64,000 bases of DNA from Paragordius varius. Taxonomy: Eukaryota; Animalia; Nematomorpha. The stretch is taken from NCBI GenBank assembly GCA_964247055.1, contig OZ176060.1:1612001-1676000 (forward strand). The letters run 5' to 3'. Position 1 is the first letter of the stretch. Every line of letters starts with the position of its first letter. Of the stretch, positions 1 through 11,032 are shown piece by piece. Position numbers and translations under genes: made by a program. Below the pieces are notes generated by a model that was not told where the DNA came from, did no database searches, and was given only the letters and a program-made list of their open reading frames with translations.

Positions 1-166
1 GCATGTAAAAATTGGTATAAATTACATTTAAATAGTCAATAATTTTAAATAATTATAAATACCCAATCTCTTTACGAGTTCAATTTAATATAATAAATAT
101 ATTGCATCATCATAAAATAGTGATTAACAAAAATAAGCAAAATAAAAAATTTTAAGAATGATATAC

Positions 167-256
167 TTGGTGGTAAACATTCACAAGTTTGGCATTGAAA
201 ATGGTCCATTTTGAAGCCATAGAGACAGGTGTTGACGCAAACAGGAGGTATGCATG
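167..256 (-). CDS. Exon encoding an antistasin-like six-Cys domain (TCIPPVCVNTCLYGFKMDHFQCQTCECLPP)
   Basis: Acceptor tttattgtttag|, donor a|gtatat, 90 nt, phase 1-1. The pattern C-x4-C-x3-C-x2-GF-x2-D-x3-C-x2-C-x-C matches the antistasin family. Confidence 0.9.
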
Positions 257-371
257 CTAAACAATAAAAATAAAGATTATTTGTATGTGAGAATTGCTAA
301 AAGATTAGTGTTATTGAAAAAATTCAATTTTATGAAATATTTTAACGTAAATGAATGGTTGATAAAAATAC

Positions 372-1436
372 TTTTGGTAATAGATGTAGTTGAAAGCATT
401 TTTAAGATATTTTCGCTACTTTTTATATTATCGGTTGGTATAAAACCAGTCATATTTATATGCTCGTTTATGGTAGATGTTAATAAGTTTGTTGTTGTTT
501 CAAATTTAGTTGTTGTATGGGTTAAGTTATTATAGGGAGTAGTAATATTTAGGGTTTCATTATTTAAAGGGGTTGATTTAATTGTTGTTGTGATATTTGA
601 AGATTTTGCTATAGATGTAGTAAATATATTTTGCCTAGAACTATGGGTATTAGAGGTGTTGTAATCTGAGTGTCCAGTTAATGTTATGTTTTCCTCAATG
701 GTCGTTAAAAGTGTTGTAGGAGAAGAGGTTGATGATACAGACCGCTCACTTGATACTGTAGGAGAAGTTACATTATTCATCGTATTTGCGGAAACAGTAG
801 TTATTAAAAGAGTTGTATTTAAAATTCGAGTGGTTAAACTAGATGCATTGAAAGGCGTGGTTGTATAAGTTGCATTTTTACTAATTCCCTCGCTAATTGT
901 GATAGAGGGATTTGAGTTTAATGTAGTGGTTATGGTGTGCGGTGTTAATGGAGTCGTTGTAATAGTAACTTCTGGTTTAAAAGGACTAGAGTGATTTAGT
1001 GTCACTTTCGGAATCGTTAAATTTATTCCAGGTGTTGTAGTGTTTTCAATTATTTTAAAAAATCCAGTAATGCTGGAATTTTCGTTGATTGTTGTTGTAG
1101 GGACAGACAATGTACTGCCCTGACTTACATTAAACCTATTTTTACCGGTGGGTGTGGGATTATATGAACTAATATTAGTGACAAAATAGCCTGTAACGTT
1201 AACTTGTTCGCTTATGGTAGAGTGTGTTTGCCCATTCGTCGTATTTTGTTCTTTAGGTGTTCGTAGAGTTGACTTTTCCCCATTATTAGTTTCGTTGTTA
1301 AACTGTAGAGGGGTGATTGAACTTGTTTTAAAAGTTGATATAGTACTATGATTGTTTGGAGGAACTGTGGTGACTTTTAAGGGTGTAAGTCCTGAAGGGG
1401 TGTTTAGCTCTACGATAAGAGAAATGCTGGTAGATT
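372..1436 (-). CDS. 1,065-nt exon encoding a Thr/Ser/Asn-rich mucin-like stalk (ESTSISLIVELNTPSGLTPLKVTTVPP...LSTTSITK)
   Basis: Contains ORF 277..1110 and stays open upstream to acceptor aaaactag| at 1436. The phase-1 donor a|gtattt at 372 joins the antistasin exon in frame across a 115-nt intron. Very Thr-rich with many N-x-S/T sequons. Confidence 0.9.
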
Positions 1437-1775
1437 CTAGTTTTTATATTGTAGAATATTTTAAATCGATAACATTTTAAAAATTATAGAAACACCTCTT
1501 AACTTTAAAAGGTGCAATATTAAATAAAATATTGTTTTAAAATAATACAGTTAAAATTGAAATCATACGGACAAAATGCAAATATATAAAGCAAAAATTT
1601 TTTAACAAAAGACAACCATACTTTTTTAAACCTTAATTTATCCTATAAAAAACATTTATTTATAATGGTAAAATACATAATTGAGTATGTTACCAATTTA
1701 CATTACTATATTATACTATGCATTTTAAAACAACGAGATATATTTAAAAAATTAAATTAAGATTCAAAAGAACGC

Positions 1776-2490
1776 CGCATTTTTTCAAGCAAAAGCACAG
1801 TTTTGTATAAAGTAGAAATTTTTTTAATATAAATAATTTAATATTAAGGATTCATTTAATTTTAAATTGATGATTATTTAATTTTAGCGTTGAATTATGA
1901 TTTTTAATGTTTTATTATCAATATTTGGTGGTAAAAAGATTATGTTCAAACATTTTGCCCATAACTTAATTCTATTATTTATTTTATTAATTCTATTTTT
2001 TTATAATCATGTTTATTTTCATTTATGAAAAATATTTTAATATTGGATTTGTATTTTAAGCAGAATTCCAAGAAAAAATTAATACTTGAAAAATTTACCT
2101 GGTTATGTTTGATACATGTGAAATATTAAACATCAAAATATTTGATAATAGATTGTTTATAGATTAAAGTTCAATATCAATTTAAAAATATTTTAAAAAT
2201 ACATAATAATAAAATTAAATTATGGACAAAATGTATGAACATAATTATTGTACCTATTGAAAATAACAATAAAAATCATAATTCAACTATCAATTTAACT
2301 AATCATTAATTTAAAGTTAAATGATACCTTATTATTAAATTTCTGAAATATAAAAAAATTTGTTACTTTTTGCAAAATGTTGCTTTTCTTGAAAAAATGA
2401 TATTTTGGTTGAAAAAATGATATCTTTGCTTGATGAAATGTTGCGTTTGCTTGAAAAAAAATATTTGCGAAAAAAAATTGTTTTTGACTC
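1776..2490. mobile_element. Foldback-like element with inverted arrays of a ~21-bp repeat at its ends
   Basis: The left end has tttttcaagcaaaagcaca-type units. The right end has aaaatgttgc(g)tttgcttgaaaaaa units, the reverse complement. The internal AT-rich core is shared with 37376..37950. Confidence 0.6.
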
Positions 2491-2566
2491 AAAAAGGATA
2501 TTTTGTTCTTTATTAAATTATAATTTTTTATGGTTCAACAATGTATTTATATACCATTTTTCAATT

Positions 2567-2690
2567 GTAAGCAACATTTTTTAACAAACCCAACACTTTT
2601 TCAACCAAATACAACATTTTTTTAACCAAACGCAACATTTTTCGTTCTGTTGGGATGGAAAATGTTGCGTTTGGTGTTGCTTTTGACTGA
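2567..2690. repeat. Short inverted pair of the 21-bp minisatellite (caacatttttt... / aaaatgttgcgtttgg)
   Basis: Four caacattttttcaaccaaa-type units are followed within ~15 bp by aatgttgcgtttggtgttgcttttg. Confidence 0.65.
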
Positions 2691-2751
2691 AAAGTATTTA
2701 TACATTAATCCAATTTAAAATTTATATGTTATAATAATTTTTTTATATATA

Positions 2752-3235
2752 CCATTTGCGCTTCAAGAGTGAAAATTTAAAGTTGGTGCTTGAACATAAA
2801 AAAATCCTTGAACATTTCAATGATTTTTCATTTTTTAATTTTGTTTTTAGATTTTATCTATCAAACCGTGTATCCATCTATTTTATCATTTTTAACCTAT
2901 TCTTAATCAGTATCAACTTTTAACAGAAACAGCTTTTACTAATAAATTTTTATAAAATATATTATATATTAATATGATATCTAACTTAATTAAAAAATAT
3001 ATTATTCTGGGTTATTAATTACAATTTTTCATTCAAAACATTCATAAATTAATACTTTTGTTGAATAAAATTTAGTTTGAAACAAAAAAGTGGTTTTTAA
3101 ATTAATTTTAAAATGAATAAATAATAATAAATAAAGTTGGTTAAAAAATAATAAAAAATCTAAAAAAATGGTTAAATCTAAATTTAAAAATTTTAAGGAC
3201 CATAAGGATTGAAGTGGTCAAGGACACTGTTAAAA
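2752..3235 (+). mobile_element. MITE family A copy (terminus TA|CCATTTGCGCTTCAAGAG); 3' end decayed
   Basis: The same terminus occurs inverted at 44041 and 49857. Internal sequence such as ttctgggttattaatt is shared with 43455..44041 and 49500..49857. Confidence 0.6.
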
Positions 3236-3476
3236 TAATAGTCTTAAATTTAAGCAGGTATTTATATAGTTGTCAAACACGTATCTCCAACTAAATGGAG
3301 GTATATAATAACAACAAATTTTATATTGTCGCTTGGCAAAACAATTTAAAGGTGCCATTATGGAAATTTTACTTATCATAAAAATTGTTTTTCAAAACTA
3401 AGCTGAGAATATTAGAATTAATAATAAATCTTATTATATAAATAGGGAAGATCATTTTGAAATATTAAAAAATAAC

Positions 3477-3572
3477 CAAGAGGAGTGCTTTTCGTGATTG
3501 GGGGGCGAGAACTGGCTGATGGAGGTGAGGTTGGTAATTCTACTATCAACGATACCGTTGTTGATGATTCAG
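3477..3572 (-). CDS. Ser/Thr/Pro-rich exon (TESSTTVSLIVELPTSPPSASSRPPITKSTPL)
   Basis: Acceptor atatacag|, donor g|gttatt, 96 nt, phase 1-1. Lies inside ORF 3418..3600. Confidence 0.8.
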
Positions 3573-5055
3573 CTGTATATGTACATGTGTATATAGTCAA
3601 AAATGTAATTAATTAAAGTTTGTATTAATCCACCTGTTATCCGAAAAAATAGGGGTTCACTTTAAAAGTAAATGATACTATTTAGCCGGAATCTGGAAAG
3701 AATGCAAAAGATCTTATAAAACGATTCTTTCGAGTCTTTAAAATGACACCTCCCGCCCAATTTTCGTCTGTTTACGGCAAAATTTGTTAAGACAAAACGC
3801 AAAAACATAGTATGATTGTAGATAACATAATTGATTGTCTACCAATGTGCTTTTCTTTTTAAAATTAATAAAATGGTATACTTTTAAAAAATATTTTCCT
3901 ATATATTTTACGTTGTGTCCGTATAAAACCGATTTTTATAAGTAAACGCGCCACATAATGGTTTATGATATATTTTAATGATAATTTATGGAAGAAGCAG
4001 TTAGCTTTTACCAAAAAAGTATCATGTGAACGAATGCATTTTTTTATAGGGAGCAGTTGCAAAAAGTGTCAATAACTTTCTAGTATCACTCTTAAGCGAA
4101 GAAAACCAAAAGCACTCTAAGAATCCATATGTGTTTTTTACCATAATATGTGTAATTCCTTAGGTATTTTTTATCTGGACTGTATTTATGAGTTTTAAGG
4201 AGTGCTAATAATATAGATGAATAACAAATCCCATTATTCAAACTAGGCTCTGTATTAATTAAATGTATATCATTTAATACCGCGATCAAAAAAAGTTATG
4301 AGCGAATAAAAATAGCATTAATTAAAAATAAAACATAATATATAATGAAACCTATCAAAAATAAAAGCTGTAATTTAAGTATATTTCATGCGCATATCAG
4401 TTTCGTTTTTTTCAATATTTTAACACTTCGATTCATATTGGGGTATATAAGGCTAGGGGCCCCATACTATATTTAAATACATATTTTTAAAATAATTGAA
4501 ATCTCCAATTTAAATTTATGCTTGTATTCTGATAAAAATTATATAAATAAACGAAATATCTAATAAAATTAAGTTTTAAAAAAATGTTTTATATCAAATT
4601 TCATTTTTATTTTAAACATTTTTGTAAAATATTATGATTATTGATTCTAACGCTAAATTAAAGCTTTTTATTAGATCTAACATTGATATAATCAAAAACT
4701 ATTCTTTTCGCATTATATTTATATTTAGCTAATGTACCAGTTAAAATTTTTAACTTGAGTTTTTTCATAAAATAAGTAATATCAAGTAAGTAATATCAGA
4801 TTTTTTAAATGTTTCGGTGCATCAATGTTATATAAGTGACTTTTGCCATTGTTTCAATTCATTCCATATTTTTATAAATATTTGATCATAAACAGGCCTG
4901 TGGTCCCCAAAAATTTGAATTAGAGACTAAAATGAATGGTTGTTTCCAAGTGCAAAATACCAATAACAACTGAATAGAAAAATTATATTGCCAAAAAAAC
5001 ATTTGTTATTTTATGTCTAATAACACCTTTAAAACACAGATGTAAAAAATATCAC

Positions 5056-5220
5056 TTGTCGTTAAATGCAAGGATCTAGTGGTGTTTGGCAAGTTAGATT
5101 CATTTTCATGGATCTCGGATGATCTGGTCAAAGTTGATAAATTAGGTGCACCTGATGGAGGGGAATTTGTTGTGTTTAGCGTTATGGTTGTATTAAACCA
5201 ATTTATTGGAGAAAAATCCA
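5056..5220 (-). CDS. Ser/Thr-rich exon (LDFSPINWFNTTITLNTTNSPPSGAPNLSTLTRSSEIHENESNLPNTTRSLHLTT)
   Basis: Acceptor ctacaaag|, donor a|gtgata, 165 nt, phase 1-1. A 123-nt intron separates it from the upstream exon. Lies inside ORF 5006..5242. Confidence 0.8.
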
Positions 5221-5343
5221 CTTTGTAGCAATATATATGCAAAATTGAATGATATTAAAAATTTACGACTTTTATATAATTGAATGTTTAACTGATAAAG
5301 ATAATCATATTACAGTCTTATATAATAATAATAATGGATTTAC

Positions 5344-5524
5344 AAGGCGGAGGGGCATTGTTACATTTGTATTGGTAGTCGATGGGATAATAGGGTAGTA
5401 TTTCAAGTTCCCATTTTTCATTATTAGACATCTCAAAAGAAGCATTATTTAGCTGGTGAATAACAGATTTTTCTATGTTGTTGTGAAAACGTCTAACATA
5501 TCTGCCAATCTCTTTTCCATGCGA
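5344..5524 (-). CDS. Exon (SHGKEIGRYVRRFHNNIEKSVIHQLNNASFEMSNNEKWELEILPYYPIDYQYKCNNAPPP)
   Basis: Acceptor aataatag|, donor t|gtaaat, 181 nt open, phase 0-1. Not in the ORF track because it has no start codon. Confidence 0.85.
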
Positions 5525-6243
5525 CTATTATTTTATATGAAAAGATCGATAAATATACTCATTAATATCTAATTTGTAAAATAATTGATTGTTACATATA
5601 TTTAAACTCAGGCGTAGCAACCAATTTAGTTAGTTACAGACGATGAATAAATCCTTATTAACTTTATCTTTAAAAATAAAATTGTCAGCAAAAAGTCTTT
5701 TAATCGCATAAAAACGAAGCGTAGCCAAAATTGATTGCTATAATGACTAACGAAATCCAAAAGAGGGCAAGAGAGGACAATTATTGAGATCACTTATGCG
5801 AAAAGTTAAAACAGATGACATAAATAACCCTAACTTTTTTGCTCATGCAAAGAATCTCATGAAAAAAATTGTTTTGTTAAACAAATTAACCCTCATTTTT
5901 GCAAACAGTCAAATTAGTATAACATTTGTAATAAGCTCTAAAAATAAATAATTTAAAGGTTACGATGTGATCACCACAAACTTAAAATTAGCGCTGTTTT
6001 ACAGAAATAACTAATATTTTTTCTGGTCAATATTGAAGTAGTAAAACAGCTCTAGTTACATAATAAAGCTATTTTTCTAATTTTTTTATAAAAGCAGTAA
6101 ATACCTTAAAAAATGTGAGTGGATTTTAAGTATATACTGATTTAATTAACAAATATTTTTATATTAATTATTGATTTTTACACGGTTTATAAAATATCCA
6201 GTTCTCCTAGAAAAAACTTTGTTAAAATGGTTATATCAAATAC

Positions 6244-6375
6244 CGTAATGGAGAATTCGAAATTGTAAAATTTTCTAATAGCGTTGTATCGTGTCAATGT
6301 CCGATAATAGATGTACTGAGCCGTATCGACATATTGGGATAAACGACTTTCATCATCTATCTCGTCTTTATTACA
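6244..6375 (-). CDS. Exon (CNKDEIDDESRLSQYVDTAQYIYYRTLTRYNAIRKFYNFEFSIT)
   Basis: Strong acceptor tttttccctacag|, donor acg|gtattt, 132 nt, phase 0-0. Fits in frame between the exons ending at 10864 and starting at 5524. Lies inside ORF 6187..6438. Confidence 0.7.
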
Positions 6376-6395
6376 CTGTAGGGAAAAATACTTAC

Positions 6396-6430
6396 GATTA
6401 GACTCTGTTTCTCGCGATTGCATAACACAT
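6396..6430 (-). CDS. Candidate 35-nt exon (xVLCNREKQSLI) immediately upstream of a 20-nt GT-AG interval
   Basis: Acceptor aatgtatag|, consensus donor c|gtaagt. Phase 1-0 in the only frame that joins the next exon after removing the 20 nt. Confidence 0.35.
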
Positions 6431-7132
6431 CTATACATTTAAATTTTTTATTACGATTAATTATATGGATGCATAAAAAAATAATGCTATAAAAAAGTCC
6501 CTTGATGCATAAGACTGTGATTTTTCAATTTTAAGTATTAATTACTATTTGTAAAACATTAATGGCGTTTTTTCCCTCATTTTATATTTATACCAGTAAT
6601 CCAATAATATGAAATTAGGGCTTATTTAACATGGGATATATAGTTTTGGGGTAATGTGATTTTGATACTTTTCACAATTGTATAAAATAAATAGTTCCTA
6701 ATAAGTAGTATTTTCCTATATTATGGGTCGGTTGAAAAATAGTATTTACCACCTAATTTCATAAATACTACTGTTAAAAGATTAAAAATAATTAAAGATT
6801 ACTATGTTGCATAATAACATTTTGTCTTAATACAGCTAAATTTAATAAACACTATTTTTACGTGAATTTAAATAACAGATATGTCAAAAATAATATGAAC
6901 AACATAATAAATAAGAATATTGAGATAAAGATTAAATATATTGATCCTTGAATTAAAACCGTGAATAATAATAAACTGGAATATTTTTGAGGTTTCAGAT
7001 TTTATTAACTGGAAACAACTTTTGAATAACCGTTTAATAAAAATTAATTCTAATACTTTTTTCATATTAATTTGATACATATTTAGTTTAAATATATATA
7101 TATATAGATATATATGTATAAGTATATATATC

Positions 7133-7226
7133 GTTTGCCAGTCAAAAAAACATTTTCCTAATCAATAAACGTTTTCTTAGCCAATCAAAACATTTACCAG
7201 TCAATCTAAACATATTCTAAGTACAA
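7133..7226 (+). repeat. Second ~20-bp minisatellite (aaacattttccagtcaat-like), 4-5 degenerate units
   Basis: Tandem units are visible. Reverse-complement units occur at 9205..9315 and same-sense units at 48330..48410. Confidence 0.55.
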
Positions 7227-7244
7227 TAGCGTATGCAGTAAAAG

Positions 7245-8285
7245 ATTGTTAGTGCAAAATAATCTAAAAAACACATTTTTAATAAAACAGGGGGATATTA
7301 TGGATAGTGTATAGAAATCAAGGGACAATCTTGGTATATGTAAAAATGCGCGTTTGGTTTTTTTTTGAAATTGCGATAAAAAATTGTAGTGAAACATAAT
7401 TTCGCAGATTTCTTATAAAAAATGTTAACTTTTTATTTATTGGTAGAACATTCGTGATTTGAATTATGACATTGTATGCAAATACAATTAGATATTATAC
7501 AAGATTTTTATCTTAATTATAACTTGCTTTTCTCGATCTATTTAAAACTGAATATGCGTGAGGTGAAAATTAAAGAATTTTCAAAATTTGGGGTTTTTTG
7601 TAGTTAAAAATAAATTATTTACTTGTTAAATGCATTACTATTATTTTTATTAACCGACACCTTGTTTTTTTTACAGATTCACGGAAATATTTATAAACAC
7701 AATATTTTTAACAATGCAACAATAAAAACCATATATTATAATAATAAATATCTATTTTTAATACTATTGTGAAATATGTATATTTGAACAATAACTCTAA
7801 CAACATCATTTAATAAATTTTCTGTAACGCAACTTCTGTCAAAATCTTGTGTGATTTTTCATACTGCTTTCTAAATGACTGTTTACTATATAAACGCACA
7901 AAAAATAATAAAAGTAATGCATTTATTAAGTAAACTTTTGTAATTTATTTTAAACTACAAAAAACCTCAAATTTTAATTTTTCACCTCACGCTTATTCAT
8001 TTTTAAGATCGAGAAAAGCAAGTAATAATTTAAATAAAAATCTTGTATAATTTCTAAGTTCAATAATTCAATTCACGAATGTTCTACCATGAAATAAAAA
8101 ATTAACATTTTTTATAAGAAATCTGGGAAATTCTGTTTCACTAATATTTTTACAATTTTTCATCGCAATTTTACGAAAACCAAATGCCTATTTTTACATA
8201 TACCAAGATTGTCTCCTGATTTTCTATACATTATCCATAATATCCCCCTGTTTATAATAAAAAAGACCAACAATCTTACGCTACT
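7245..8285. mobile_element. Long-TIR palindromic (foldback) element with ~400-bp arms and a ~250-bp spacer
   Basis: cagggggatattatggata (7288-7306) is inverted at 8232-8250, and acttgcttttctcgatct (7522-7539) is inverted at 8006-8023. The arms are colinear between these anchors. Confidence 0.85.
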
Positions 8286-9573
8286 ATAAATGGAACGTCA
8301 TTTTTAATGAAAATAATCAAAACAAATAAAAATTACTTTAAATCGTTAGTACGTGGTCGATAAAGAAGAAAATAGAACAATAAGAATGTTAAAGGAATTT
8401 CGCAATAAAGAAAAAAATATAAAATAACAATATAAATAACGTTACAAACTTTTTTTATAAAAACATTACACACATGTTTTTTTAATTACATATGTCACTA
8501 AATACTTTTAATTTATATTTTAATCTAGTTTTATTTTTTGCGTTTGAACAAAGATTACTCGTAATTTAAATACCCAAATAAATTCATCAATTTTAGTAGA
8601 ATTATATGCATAAAAAATAAGGATATATAGTTTTTGAGATATTTATATAAAAAATATATTTAAAAATCATAAACTTTTTATTTTAACCATTGAAATAGAT
8701 AATTCGCTATATTAATTGAATCTCAAGTAGGTCATTCCCTTTATTTTGGTTTTTAAATATTTCATCCATGATAAAATTGTCGAAAAAAACATTTCTTTAA
8801 ATGATAAATGTTGATTTTTAATAAAAAAATTTGATTAAAAATATAACTAATTTAATACAGTACATAAATTATGGTAAGAAAATGTTTAAAAACGAACTTG
8901 AAATGTTTAAGAATCAAATAGTTTTAAATTACCAATATTCAAATGGTAAGCGAATCATCGATCTCAATGTTAAAATAAAAAAGTTTTTGAATTTTAAATA
9001 TATATTTCTTTATATATATTTAAAATTCCATAATATACTATCCAATTATTAATATATTAAAGAATAAGTTATTATTGATTACGTGTTGGCATAATAAAAA
9101 AAAATATCATTCTTTTTCTAAAAAATAATATCCCTATTAGTGTGCATTAATGAGGAAAAGTTATTTATATTTCTTGTTTTGATATTTATCATCAAAATGA
9201 AAACGTTTATATTGACTAGGGAAACGTGTTAATTGTCTCGAAAAATATTTGAGTAAGTAATAGTTTCGAGTGACTGGAAAAATGTTGGGATGGACTGGGA
9301 ATGTTTATATTGATTTCTCGCCATTATGTTTTGACTTAAATTTCAAAATCCAATTATTATTTAATACATACCCTAAAATTGGAAAAGTTTTGAATTCAAA
9401 CAAGTACTCATATAATTTTGAATGAACCCAGTTTAATAAATCTAGATATTACAATTGTTAAATAGTCGATATTGGATATCTATTATTTAAAGCAAACACC
9501 CCAGCTAAACATTATATTATCATCCTGAATCGCCAAGTCCGCCATATTGTGAACGATCACTGCCATAACATAC

Positions 9574-9637
9574 AAGTGGATGTAAATATGTCAAAGATAT
9601 GGCATTCCATAAGACAATCAGTAAATATGTTTAGTTC
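9574..9637 (-). CDS. Candidate exon (ELNIFTDCLMECHIFDIFTST)
   Basis: Acceptor cttaaataag|, donor t|gtatgt, phase 0-1. It would bridge 10864 (phase 0) to the 6430 candidate exon (phase 1). It is not needed if 10864 splices directly to 6375. Confidence 0.35.
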
Positions 9638-9689
9638 CTTATTTAAGAATCCCAATATTGTATGGTAGTACCATTTTTTATGCAAAAAC

Positions 9690-10290
9690 AATTTTTCAAG
9701 CGAGCGCAGCATTATTTCAATCAAAGACAATATTTTTTCAAACAAACGCAACATTTTTTCGAGCTAAGACAACATTTTTTCAAACAAACGAAACATTTTT
9801 TCAAGCAACTTGAAAATTTAACGCCCTTCCCTTAAAGTTGTTTCTACATTTTTGATTTTGCATACAATCGTTATTATTATGTAAGTATTTATTTTTTTAT
9901 AAAACACCTAATATCTTTATTTATTGGTATTATATGATGAAAATTAATATTTTCACTTTATAAAATTACTGTTTTGAAGGTAATGAAACATTGTTCTCCC
10001 TATTAGATTAAAAATCTGTTATTTTTTACAGTTTTGTGTCTTCTATAGGCTAAAAGTTGGAATTGATTTAATAATTTAGGTAAAAAGAACCAATCAGGAC
10101 TTTCTTAAAATAATCTAATCAACAAAAAATTGAATTTAATAAACTGGCATAAAATAAAAGAAATATTTTTAAATTTAAAAAGTTGCTTTTGCTTTAAAAA
10201 TGTTTTACTCCAAAAAATGTTGCGTTTGCTTAAAAAGTGTTGCGTTTGGTTGAAAAGTGTTGCGTTTTGGTGAAAATGTTGCTTTCGATG
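9690..10290. mobile_element. Foldback-like element with inverted 21-bp minisatellite arms
   Basis: About six caacattttttcaa-type units at 9690-9812 and about five aaaatgttgcgtttg-type units at 10180-10290. Confidence 0.65.
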
Positions 10291-10863
10291 AGAATGATAA
10301 AAATTGAATTAAAATTTAATTAATACTTAATAATAAAATATCATAAGATAATATTTGGCCTGAAAATAAAATACATGTTGCCTAGCGAAATGTGGTGACT
10401 GAAAAATGGTTCTTACAATTACCTGGTGGTAAATTATATTTAATTGAGTTAATTATACACACTTTAACTGCATACTTTTCCTATTTATTTTTCAATCGAC
10501 CCATATATTTCATGTCTAAGCTAAGTTGTTTTGTAAAATATGTAAAAATTATTGTAAGAGACCTTGATATTTTCACTTGACACTTTAAACATAAAATTTT
10601 GTAAAAAAATTTAACAAAAAACTTTTATACCTGCAGGGATGATTATATTTCATATTATCGCACAAAATAGAAACATAATCATAACAAATTTGTATGTTAG
10701 GAGGAACTTGATATATAACCGTATTCTCTGTTAGTTTACTTGTTTTTAATTCGACACGGCTTGCACATTCATACAGGGTTTTATCCGCGACCTGACGCTG
10801 ACAATTTAAAAATCATTATTATATAAAAATTAATAAGGATTTGACAAAATTTTTTTTATTTAC

Positions 10864-11032
10864 CTTAACTACTAATTCAATAGTTTCATCCAAAGGGTGA
10901 CATTGGCACACTTTAATAACACGAGAAAAACTGAGATGTAACTGATTAAAGCGTCGCATAAAATAGCTGTGATCAAAACCATCACACGTTAAACGAATTT
11001 TCTTTTCAGTAGAATAAAGTTTAGGACTGCAG
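10864..11032 (-). CDS. Cys-containing exon (CSPKLYSTEKKIRLTCDGFDHSYFMRRFNQLHLSFSRVIKVCQCHPLDETIELVVK)
   Basis: Acceptor attgtacag|, strong donor aag|gtaaat, 169 nt, phase 2-0. Lies inside ORF 10819..11040. Confidence 0.8.

Noticed and set aside
254-868. Plus-strand ORFs 254..535 and 686..868
   Set aside because: They are Val-rich shadow frames antisense to the Thr-rich exon and have no independent support.
2364-2690. CRISPR-like appearance of the 21-bp repeat arrays
   Set aside because: The units are directly adjacent and degenerate with no unique spacers and no cas genes, and the context is eukaryotic.
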